Shown here: one piece after another, positions 1 through 9,590 of the stretch
Position numbering within the stretch: position 1 is the stretch's first letter
Layout of the letters: each line of letters begins with the position of its first letter
DNA from: Octopus bimaculoides
Lineage: Eukaryota
Reading direction: 5' to 3'
NCBI RefSeq assembly: GCF_001194135.2
Contig: NC_068984.1
Coordinates: 7,152,530-7,184,531, forward strand
Length of the DNA stretch: 32,002 nucleotides
Made by a program: the position numbers and the translations under genes
Notes under the pieces: generated by a model
The model's database searches: none
Seen by the model: only the letters and a program-made list of their open reading frames with translations
What the model was told of the DNA's origin: nothing

Positions 1-73
1 ACCGTTACTCTGAGTTTCACGTTCCCGTTCAAAACTGTCCGATGAACGGGAACGTGAAACTCAGAGTAACGGT
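1..73. repeat. Perfect 30-bp inverted repeat (1-30 / 44-73, 13-nt loop) overlapping a hammerhead motif
   Basis: accgttactctgagtttcacgttcccgttc is the exact reverse complement of 44-73; the left arm starts at the window edge. Confidence 0.95.
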
Positions 74-76
74 TTT
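31..76 (+). ncRNA. Minimal type-I hammerhead ribozyme motif, family H1 (core CCGAUGA)
   Basis: Stem I AAAACUGU(31-38)/ACGGUUUU(69-76); core CCGAUGA 39-45; stem II ACG/CGU with GGAA loop; GAAA 56-59; stem III ACUC-A-GAGU; predicted cleavage after GUA at 68. Confidence 0.75.
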
Positions 77-120
77 TTTGTTATATTTCTGCTGCTTTTA
101 AATAAAGTATATATATATAT

Positions 121-420
121 ATGTATGTATGTATGCATATTTACGTATACATGTATACAAATATACTTTGCGAAGAATATATATATATATATATATATAT
201 CCATCCATCCATACATACATACATAATACAAACATACATGCATACATACATACATACATACATACATAATACAAACATACATGCATACATACATACATAC
301 ATACATACATACATACATACAGGAATGCATGCATGCATACATAGATACATATATAATGTCACGCGACCTACCGGGGCATCATTTGAAGGCTAAATGACCA
401 GCGATGCGTCACAACATCTG

Positions 421-451
<31 letters not shown>

Positions 452-510
452 TGTATGTATGAATGTATGTATGTACGTATGTATGTATGTATGTATGTAC
501 GTATGTATGT
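121..510. repeat. Compound (TA)n/(TACA)n/(TATG)n microsatellites with a short unique spacer
   Basis: Direct reading of the sequence. Confidence 0.95.
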
Positions 511-690
511 GACCGCTGAAATCTACAAGTTTTTTTTATTCTCTGTGTATTTCCTCTTATTCCTTTCTGTTGAAGAGCGTAGGATCGAAACGTAAAAGAT
601 TTTTTCATTCTTCCCGAGTGTCAAACTAATACATTTGCTTGCTGTTCATACACTTGTCCTCGTCTTTTGTTTTTCTATATATTTCAACTA
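510..690 (+). mobile_element. PLE-derived short repeat (family H2), copy 1
   Basis: About 180 bp homologous to 8429-8618; contains an HHR motif and ends in caac(TA)n. Confidence 0.65.
563..598 (+). ncRNA. Minimal hammerhead motif, family H2 (core CUGUUGA)
   Basis: Stem I CUUU/AAAG; CUGUUGA+A 567-574; stem II GAGC-GUAG-GAUC (one mismatch); GAAA; palindromic ACGU; GUA site at 594. Confidence 0.55.
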
Positions 691-698
691 TATATACA

Positions 699-751
<53 letters not shown>

Positions 752-800
752 GCGTGCGTGTGCGTGTGTGTATGTGCATATATATATATATATATACATA
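691..800. repeat. (TG)n/(TGCG)n/(TA)n microsatellite
   Basis: Direct reading. Confidence 0.95.
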
Positions 801-907
801 CACAAAATCTCCGCAGGACACCTGAAGAAGGCTGGAGAGTACATCAGCCGAAACGTTGTGCTAACAATAAACACGATGAGGACAAATATCCGTCAAATGT
901 AAATAAA
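801..907 (+). mobile_element. Truncated copy of the HHR-bearing repeat family H3
   Basis: Homologous to 15770-15875 (gacacctga..cagccgaaacgttgtg..gaggacaaatatccgtcaaatgtaaataa). Confidence 0.85.
817..862 (+). ncRNA. Minimal hammerhead motif, family H3 (core CUGAAGA)
   Basis: Stem I CAC/GUG; CUGAAGA+A 822-829; stem II GGCUG/CAGCC; GAAA 850-853; ACGU; GUU site at 857. Confidence 0.75.
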
Positions 908-1339
908 CTACTTGGTAAATATCAATGCTATCCTTGCTTTAGCATTCTCCGACACAATATATGTACACACATACTCACACACACACACAAACACACACAC
1001 ACACACACACATACACACACATATGTATATATATGCATATGAGTAATGCGTGTGTGTGTGCAAGCATAAATGTATGAATGTTTATACGCATAAATCTGAA
1101 GTCAATTCGTTATCGTAGCTTCGTGTGTGCTTGTAGATGCACGACGTACATATCTGCACCAGACGGTTACTGCTTGTATTTGTGTATATATATCACTGCC
1201 TGTCCGTTTAAATGTATACGTAGTTATGATGAAGGAATCGGTTGAAGAATCTTTTCGTTTAATAGTCTAATTTAATTCGTTTTCGATGATGTTATCATAT
1301 TGAATGAAGAGCAAAACACGTTTCTGTGCGCGGCTTTAT

Positions 1340-1593
1340 ATCTTCTTCTTCTTCTTCTTCTTCTTCTTCTTCTTCTTCTTCTTCTTCTTCTTCTTCTTCT
1401 TCTTCGTCTTCTTCTTCGTCTTCTTCTTCTTCTTCTTCTTCTTCTTCTTCTTCTTCTTCTCCTCCTCCTCCTCCTCCTTCTTCTTCTTCTTCTTCTTCTT
1501 CTTCTTCTTCTTCTTCTTCTCTCCTCTCTCCATCTTCTCCATTTCTCTTTCTCCCTATATCACCCTCTTTGTCTTTCCTTTTCTTTCTCTTCT

Positions 1594-1628
<35 letters not shown>

Positions 1629-1680
1629 CCACCACCACCACCACCACCACCATCATCATCATCATCGTCATCGTCATCAT

Positions 1681-1712
<32 letters not shown>

Positions 1713-1745
1713 TCATCACCACCATCATCATCATTATTATTATTA
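1340..1745. repeat. (CTT)n/(CCT)n tract followed by a (CAT)n/(CAC)n tract
   Basis: Direct reading; source of the poly-L/S/F/H pseudo-ORFs. Confidence 0.97.
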
Positions 1746-1845
1746 TTTCATTTTTGTTTCATTTCGGAGAGTGCCAGGAGAGCATGCTGTTATAAAATGT
1801 CGAAGCACAGATAACAGATTTATGTGTGATTACATCAATATATAA

Positions 1846-1850
<5 letters not shown>

Positions 1851-1895
<45 letters not shown>
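1851..1895. repeat. (CT)n microsatellite
   Basis: Direct reading. Confidence 0.97.
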
Positions 1896-1899
<4 letters not shown>

Positions 1900-2664
1900 C
1901 CTGTTTTATATTGGCAATCATTGCAACAGTGTTAATAATTGCATACATGCAATTACTCCACGTTTATAACTTAACAGACATAAACTCAACAAACATAATG
2001 AAAATTTTATTCCATCCGAAAGGTCAGAGGAAAAAAAAAATGAAGCCTACCACTATTTTTTTACTGCAATACATTAATTTTTTCCCCAAATATGTTGATT
2101 CTTCTTCTTCTTTCTTCCTTTTATTTCTAACATCATTTTGTTTATTTCTTTATGTTTTTCATTTTAGTTTTTAAATATTATATTTTGTACTTATTTCTCT
2201 TATCTCTTCATTAAATCTCTCTCTTTAGATAATTAACTTGATTCTAACTGAATGTTTGTTATGTTTCAATTACTGAACCTCGAGCTTTGATGAAGCATGC
2301 TAATCTATATTTTAATGAATCCTGTTCGGGAATTAACTAAAACAAACAAACTAATATTCCGAACATTCAAATAATCTAGGGTCAGACATGGGGGTGCAGA
2401 GTAACATTTTTTTTCCCTTTTCTTTCCTGACGATAAAAATCTGTTGCAAACTTATTTTCCTTCCAGTTTAATTTTCTTTCTTTTACATATTCTAAGATTA
2501 ATATTTGCTTTTTCTTTGGCTCAAAGCTTGCTGATTAAATCTGTATTGTAAATTGACAAGATCACGCTGCAGTATTATGGATATTTTCACGTCCTAAATG
2601 CAATGTGGAACTAAGCTTTCTTCTACAAGTAGAAATGGCCTTTTTCTTTCTATCGTATTCGTTT

Positions 2665-2878
2665 TCTTTTACTAGTTTTAGTCCTTAGAATGCGGCCATG
2701 CTGGGGCCTCGCTTTAAAGAATTTTAGTCGAACGAATTGACACGAGTACTTAACTATTTAAAAACCTGGTTCTTATTTTATCGGTTCATTTTGCCGAACC
2801 GTTAAGTTACAGGGACATACACATACCAACACCAGTTGCCGAGCGGCGGTGGGAGACAAATACAGACATAAAGAAGCA
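2665..2878 (-). mobile_element. Octopus tRNA-derived SINE (family A here), 3' half
   Basis: gcggccatgctgggg..ttttgccgaaccgttaagttacagggac matches 26271-26480 and 13133-13330. Confidence 0.8.
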
Positions 2879-3159
2879 CACGTACACACACACAAACATA
2901 CTCACACGCACATACATGCATACATTCTACTGTTATATGTAAACATAACACGCTGGACATTGTAGCTTCGGACAGAGGGGCAAAGGTATGTACCATCATA
3001 GAGGTCAGCTGCCCTGCATATATAGATATCTCTTTTCAAAATCAAAGAAACAGAGGATATCTATGGACAACTGCTTCGAAACCTCCAGCTTCTATATCCA
3101 GACTATAAATTCATATTCATACCAATAATAATTGGATCACTAGGTTTTGTTAGTAAATG

Positions 3160-3235
3160 CTTGTTCCAGTCATTAGGTTGCGGCCATGCTAGAGCACAGC
3201 CTTAAAGGGTTATAGGTGAACAAGTGGAACCCAAG
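3160..3235 (-). mobile_element. SINE family A 3' tail fragment
   Basis: cttgttccagtcattaggttgcggccatgctagagcacagcc matches the family A tail. Confidence 0.75.
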
Positions 3236-3250
3236 ACACACGTGGCTTCG

Positions 3251-3285
3251 GTCTGTCCCCTACCTAATTTGGGTAGGGGACAGAC
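3251..3285. repeat. Near-perfect 35-nt hairpin (14-bp perfect arms)
   Basis: gtctgtcccctacc (3251-3264) pairs with ggtaggggacagac (3272-3285). Confidence 0.9.
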
Positions 3286-3339
3286 AATTGTCTCATGAGT
3301 GGAGTTGATGCAGGGAAGCTAAAAGACACCTTTCATTTA

Positions 3340-3363
3340 TCTCTATCTCGCTCTCTCTCGCTC

Positions 3364-3405
<42 letters not shown>

Positions 3406-3483
3406 ACACACACACACACACACTCACACACACACACAAACGCACATACACTCTCACACACTCTCTCTCTCCCCATCTCTCTC

Positions 3484-3517
<34 letters not shown>

Positions 3518-3547
3518 GTATATATATATATATATATATGAGTGTGT

Positions 3548-3593
<46 letters not shown>
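3340..3593. repeat. Compound (CT)/(CTAT)/(CA)/(TA)/(GATA) microsatellite
   Basis: Direct reading. Confidence 0.95.
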
Positions 3594-3594
<1 letters not shown>

Positions 3595-3597
3595 CAT

Positions 3598-3691
3598 GGT
3601 TGCCTTTCAGCTTCCGTCTATCAATTCCACTCACGGGACAATATTTGCCCAAATTGTCACGTAGGGGACTGAGACCGAAGTCACGTGGCTA
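3598..3691 (-). mobile_element. SINE family A 5' region, degenerate
   Basis: ctttcagcttccgtctatcaattccactcac..ttgcccaa..gggactgagacc resembles 26520-26635. Confidence 0.65.
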
Positions 3692-3847
3692 TTGTCTACA
3701 CCTGATGCAAGAATTTTTGGAAACATTCCTGAGATTCGAGAAGACTTATTGCCACCAAACCTCAAGACAATATCCCTGCTGTACACAGTTGCATATAACT
3801 TTGATTATTAAAACTACTACTAATAATAATATAAATAATATAATAAG

Positions 3848-4080
3848 AGGAAGAAGAAGAAAAAGATGAAGAAAAAGAAGAGGTGGAGGAGGTGGAAGAA
3901 GAATGGGAGGTGGGGGAAGAAGAAGAAGAAGAAGAAGAAGAAGAAGAAGAAGAAGAAGAAGAAGAAGAAGAAGAAGAAGAAGAAGAAGAAGAAGGTGATG
4001 AAGAAGAAGAAGAAGAAGAAGAAGAAGAAGAAGAAGAAGAAGAAGAAGAAGAAGAAGAAGAAGAAGAAGAAAAAGAAGAG
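3848..4080. repeat. (GAA)n/(GAG)n purine tract
   Basis: Direct reading. Confidence 0.97.
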
Positions 4081-4100
4081 CCGCCAGCCTTGAAAGAAAC

Positions 4101-4428
4101 GTGAAAGCTACTAAACCGGATATTGTAAAAACCAAAACAATAAAGTCTGTTTATTGATCGATATGAGAATTCCTTGTGATCGTAATATCTTGGCAGAAGA
4201 ATTTGACAAACTCAGAACAAAATATAAAGATTTGCTCATAAAAATCGAAAACTGTGGCACTTCAAAGCAGTTACAATATCAGTGATTGTAGGAGCACTAA
4301 GAATGTTCAAGAGTGGAACTGGAAAGTATTTGAGAATCTTCCTTCGCTTACCATCTTTGGCAAGAAGTACAAAGATTGTATTAGCTGCTACGTCACACGT
4401 ATTGAACAAAGCATTATCGATGTTTTGA
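4101..4428 (+). mobile_element. Decayed R4/Dong-type non-LTR retrotransposon, restriction-like endonuclease C-terminus
   Basis: Reading across two frameshifts gives KPDIV..KVCLLIDMRIPCDRN..KYKDLLIKIE-LWHFKAVTISVIVGAL..KIVLAATSHVLNKALSMF*, matching the RLE PDIV..IDxxxP..KYxDL..W..PVxVGALG pattern. Confidence 0.85.
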
Positions 4429-4691
4429 AATCTGTCCAGAGTTACCTCTCTTCGGTATTTACCATTGATAACGGCAAAGAACCAGAAAAACGCAGCATTT
4501 CGGAATCAGAAAGGGAGCACAATTGGATATGTATGGTGTTTTTACACCTTTTACCATAAGAGAGAATTTTTTTTTCCTTCGCGGCAATTGCAGTGAATTT
4601 ACCTTTACAAGTTAAAGTTAAAATTTGTCATAAATATTCTAAATGACCTAAAGTTCGCTTATGCCTAAACACTGCCTTTCACTGATGCTCA

Positions 4692-5048
4692 TTAATATAT
4701 ATATATTTAAAATTTCCGGATTTTGCTGTTTTATGACGTTTTCCCATCTTGTCGATGAAGGCACGAAATAGGGAGTAATAAACAGTCGAGAACGGAGAAG
4801 TTAGACTTCTTTTGGTATTTTGTACCCTACTTGTCGCTCATGCGTTTATGTATGTTTCTCTCGTTGTTGATGTCCTGTACTTAATATATATATATTTAAA
4901 ATTTCCGGATTTTGCTGTTTTATGACGTTTTCCCATCTTGTCGATGAAGGCACGAAATAGGGAGTAATAAACAGTCGAGAACGGAGAAGTTAGACTTCTT
5001 TTGGTATTTTGTACCCTACTTGTCGCTCATGCGTTTATGTATGTTTCT
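4692..5048. repeat. Identical 189-bp tandem duplication running into an N-gap
   Basis: 4692-4859 is repeated at 4881-5048 with no difference seen; copy 2 is cut by the gap. Confidence 0.9.
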
Positions 5049-5321
5049 NNNNNNNNNNNNNNNNNNNNNNNNNNNNNNNNNNNNNNNNNNNNNNNNNNNN
5101 NNNNNNNNNNNNNNNNNNNNNNNNNNNNNNNNNNNNNNNNNNNNNNNNNNNNNNNNNNNNNNNNNNNNNNNNNNNNNNNNNNNNNNNNNNNNNNNNNNNN
5201 NNNNNNNNNNNNNNNNNNNNNNNNNNNNNNNNNNNNNNNNNNNNNNNNNNNNNNNNNNNNNNNNNNNNNNNNNNNNNNNNNNNNNNNNNNNNNNNNNNNN
5301 NNNNNNNNNNNNNNNNNNNNN
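5049..5321. other. Assembly gap (one of 11: also 6469-6674, 8619-8885, 10817-10944, 13478-13697, 19838-20119, 20725-21211, 22161-22898, 23899-24225, 28031-28120, 28914-29272)
   Basis: Runs of N, mostly flanked by (TA)n or other SSRs. Confidence 1.
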
Positions 5322-5879
5322 TATATATATATATATATATATTTATATACAGAGAGTGACAGAGATAGAAAGAGAGAGATGTGGGTGGCAACAAAAAATT
5401 CCGAACTCTTAAGCTTGGCACAGGCAAGATGCCAGTTGAGAGGAATTTTGCTTCTATTTCTCTCAAATCGTGTGACCACCTATAGACTCCCCCCGATTGG
5501 TTTCCCTCTTCCATATTAATTCCCTGTTATTTGTTATAATTAAATATGTTCTACAATATTAGTGTGGTATTGGCTGCTGCAGTCAGGCGAAATACACGAA
5601 AGCACAAAATGGTGGATTCTTCTTGCTTCAATAAGACTACAAATTGTGAAATTATTCATTTTTTTCCCTTATTTCTTTATTTTTGTTACTAATTAAAAAT
5701 GCAATTAAGGATTTTTGGTAATAAAATTAAAAATTGTTTAAACTGCAAAAAAATGTATTTTTAATCAAATTCCCGAATAAAAACAATGACAAACAATTAA
5801 AAATAAACATATAACAGTAAAAAAATCCACAACAGGAAAATTTACGTCGATAACAACGTTAAAAGTAAACACAAAGAAC

Positions 5880-6127
5880 AGCATCACCACCACCACCATC
5901 GTCGTCATCACCGTTACTTTTACCACCAGCATTCCCACTACGACAACCAGCACCACAACATTCACCACCGTTGGCCTTCCACCATCATCATGATCATCAC
6001 CAAAACCACTACCATAATCATAGCCATCATCATCATCTTCATCATCAACCACAGCAATAAAGTTAATGAGTAAACAAACAATTACTGTTGTTATCGTTTT
6101 TGTTGTTCTTATTGTTACTTTTATTAC

Positions 6128-6184
<57 letters not shown>

Positions 6185-6248
6185 CATTATCATTTTAATA
6201 CCATTGTAATTATTATCATTATTATTTTATTATCATTATTATTATTAC

Positions 6249-6305
<57 letters not shown>

Positions 6306-6347
6306 CATTTTAATACCATTGTAATTATTATTATTATTATTTTATTA

Positions 6348-6402
<55 letters not shown>

Positions 6403-6468
6403 CATTTTAATACCATTGTAATTATTATTATTATTATTATTATTATTTTATTATCATTATTATTATTA
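5880..6468. repeat. (CAC/CAT)n then (TAT)n array with a recurring interruption cattttaataccattgtaat
   Basis: The interruption recurs at 6191, 6306 and 6403. Confidence 0.9.
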
Positions 6469-7271
6469 NNNNNNNNNNNNNNNNNNNNNNNNNNNNNNNN
6501 NNNNNNNNNNNNNNNNNNNNNNNNNNNNNNNNNNNNNNNNNNNNNNNNNNNNNNNNNNNNNNNNNNNNNNNNNNNNNNNNNNNNNNNNNNNNNNNNNNNN
6601 NNNNNNNNNNNNNNNNNNNNNNNNNNNNNNNNNNNNNNNNNNNNNNNNNNNNNNNNNNNNNNNNNNNNNNNNNNACCACCACCACCACCACCACCACCGC
6701 CACTACATTATGATTGCATCTATTGGGCCCCAAACAACATATTAACAGAACAACAACAGTAATACTTCGTCTGAAATATTTTAAAATCTCTATGATAATC
6801 AAGTGATAATTTTAAATGATTTCGACTAATAAAGTCCAATTTTATAGACGTTTCTGTGTTGATCTATGTAGCCAAGTTTTATGATCTTTCGCCTTGCAAT
6901 TTTTAAAAAACAGTAGCATACAACATACGAAGTGCTGATATATAGAGCAAGCAGGCTTGATGTGCATATGACGAAATGTTTTACTTTAATAAAATAATTT
7001 TTAATGGTAAACCCCTTCAAATTTATAACACACAAACAAGGTTGATATTATTTATATTTATGATTCTAATCTTTTAGATTTTCTATTACCACATATATTC
7101 CGCGCCCATTACGATTTCATTTCATTTATTTTAATTACAGGCCAAATAAACTCCCTCTATTTGTACTTATTTTGTTTTCACATTATTTTAAATTTCTGGG
7201 TTGAATTATTTGACTTCTGTCATGTTATGACTCTGATTCATAATTTTAAATTACAACCCCATTTTTCTCAA

Positions 7272-7711
7272 TACGTTCAGGCTGATTCGAACGTGAACAT
7301 GCTGACCATTGTCGTTTTTTGTCATCGGAAAATAATCTCCCGTCTTTATAAAATACGCGTTTACACGCACAGTTCATGGATGTAAGAGGACTTTGAGATA
7401 CCGTGGTATTTCGAACCTATTTTGATCTAAGTTCATCTTATGAATTATTATCGGTTTGACAGACATCAGTGTGTCTCAGCAAATAATCTGTTCGCTGCTT
7501 TCTATAAATAGGTGCCTGTACAGTCATTGATCCTCGGTAGAAGAGACACACAATCAGATCGAAACACCAATGTGTCACGAAATCCCGTCAGCACTTCGCA
7601 CAACCATAAATCGTGTGCATCATGATCGCCTAGCCTAAAGAGAGGAGATGATCTTTGAAGGAAAAAATGAACAATGATCAGCATATTCACGTTCGAATCT
7701 ACTAGAACGTA
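7272..7711. mobile_element. Probable MITE or internally deleted Tc1/mariner-like DNA transposon
   Basis: Imperfect TIRs of about 48 bp (7274-7320 vs 7662-7709, e.g. gattcgaacgtgaacatgctgaccattg / caatgatcagcatattcacgttcgaatc), flanked by TA at both ends. Confidence 0.5.
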
Positions 7712-7959
7712 TTCAGTATAAATAGCCACGCTGTTCTTTGGATTCTCTCTGTTCTGCGTGCACCTCATGAATTAAAATCATTCTTATTCCCCTTTATCAT
7801 CTTTTGAATTTGTCCTCACCATATTTCTCTGAATGGCACACACGCGGTCGCGTAATTCTAAAGTCCGCTTTGCAATTAGTTTGTTTCTGAGCGGCCCTCC
7901 TACGTGGCACCTTGGGTAACTGCCTTGTGCTATCGTTTCGGACAACCAAATCTTCCTCT

Positions 7960-8340
7960 CTTCACTTCTACCCCCTTTCCTCCCTGGCGCTGACACCTTA
8001 ATCTCTTCACTCCTTCCACCTTCTCCCTTCATTGATACCCCTCCATCCACACACCTTCCCCACACATCCCACTCCCACATACCCCACCCTAGCCCCACAC
8101 ATCCTCACCCCAAAGCCACACCCTACCCTCACATCACCACCACACCACAAGACACCACCCACCCCACACCAATCCGCACACACAAGCACTGACCACTTCC
8201 CAGAACCCACACCATCATCCACACTCTCACACATTACAGAAGCACACATTTACACACGCACACATCCACACGTCAAAGTCACCAGCTCCTATCTACACAC
8301 ACACACTTAAACATTCTCTCATATACACACGCACGCGCAT
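7960..8340. repeat. C/A-rich low-complexity tract
   Basis: Degenerate CCCA/CACA units; source of the P/T/H-rich pseudo-ORF. Confidence 0.85.
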
Positions 8341-8428
8341 ATGCGTTTTGGGATCACTAGTACTTTATTATCTCTCCTTCTCCCTAGCTCTCCTGTCCAA
8401 CTACCTTTTTCCAACCAGTCACCATGCT

Positions 8429-8618
8429 TGATCGCTAAATCCACAAGTTTTTTTTGTTATTCTCTCTGTTTATTTCCTTCTGTCCCTTTCTGCTGAAGAG
8501 CGTAAGCTCGAAACGTAAAAGACTTCTTCACCTTCCCGAGCGTCGAACTAATACACCTGCTTGTTGTTTATACACCTGTCTTCGTCTTTTGTTTTTTCTG
8601 TAAATTTCAACTATATAT
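8429..8618 (+). mobile_element. PLE-derived short repeat (family H2), copy 2
   Basis: Homologous to 510-690; ends in caactatatat at a gap. Confidence 0.65.
8486..8521 (+). ncRNA. Minimal hammerhead motif, family H2 (core CUGCUGA)
   Basis: Stem I CUUU/AAAG; CUGCUGA+A 8490-8497; perfect stem II GAGC-GUAA-GCUC; GAAA; ACGU; GUA site at 8517. Confidence 0.6.
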
Positions 8619-9448
8619 NNNNNNNNNNNNNNNNNNNNNNNNNNNNNNNNNNNNNNNNNNNNNNNNNNNNNNNNNNNNNNNNNNNNNNNNNNNNNNNNNN
8701 NNNNNNNNNNNNNNNNNNNNNNNNNNNNNNNNNNNNNNNNNNNNNNNNNNNNNNNNNNNNNNNNNNNNNNNNNNNNNNNNNNNNNNNNNNNNNNNNNNNN
8801 NNNNNNNNNNNNNNNNNNNNNNNNNNNNNNNNNNNNNNNNNNNNNNNNNNNNNNNNNNNNNNNNNNNNNNNNNNNNNNNNNNNNNTATATATATACATAT
8901 ATATATACATATATATATATATATACACTGAAAAGCATGATGTAGTGGTTTTCGTCTGAACAAAAATCATTTCAAAGATCTTTTTTTGTGTTTAAATAGA
9001 CAGTATATAGCAAAGTGATTGAAACGTCGGTTCAGCAGTGATAACAAGAATGGCATAACGCGCTTCGGCCTCCTCGATCCTTGCCAGTGATATATACTCG
9101 CTTGTCACATACCTACACAAAAGTCGTCCGTAATATGTAGCAAACAATGAATAATATATCTCCTGATATTGCAGAAACCTTGCCGGGATGTAATAAATTC
9201 AGGGCATGCAATTGAAATAGCTCTGAATTATAACACCCATGTGTATATCATGACTAGCATATATATATTCCATTGTGTCCTTCTAGTTCGTCATTGTTGC
9301 GAGAAATTTTTCATCACTCCGATCTGTATTTCGTTTTTAACATATCATGGCTACGAAGAGATTTTCCATCGGAGAAAAACTACGGCATCGTGCCTGTCAA
9401 TAGTATATACACATTAGTTATCAAGCATATTTGGTTATTTTATGTGTG

Positions 9449-9535
<87 letters not shown>

Positions 9536-9590
9536 CACGCGTGCGCACTCACACACACACACGCACAAACACGCACATGCATACACATGC
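9449..9590. repeat. (TA)n and (CA)n microsatellites
   Basis: Direct reading. Confidence 0.95.

Noticed and set aside
61-2174. ORFs rich in YVCM, poly-L/F/S/H/K
   Set aside because: Translations of microsatellites, with no domain signal.
3700-3730. CUGAUGC..GAAAC hammerhead-like spacing
   Set aside because: A9 is changed, stem II is weak and no stem I was found.
1340-4080. (CTT)n and (GAA)n tracts as arms of one inverted element
   Set aside because: Complementarity is inherent to the SSR; there is no shared unique flank.
3746-4135. Poly-E/K/L ORFs
   Set aside because: (GAA)n tract.
4748-4781. ucgaugaaggcacgaaauagggagua as a hammerhead
   Set aside because: Core lacks one base, there is no stem II and stem III is not self-complementary; at most a relic.
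5765-6193. Hydrophobic minus-strand ORF
   Set aside because: Built from (ATT)n/(GTG)n and a T-rich tract; no splice or homology support.
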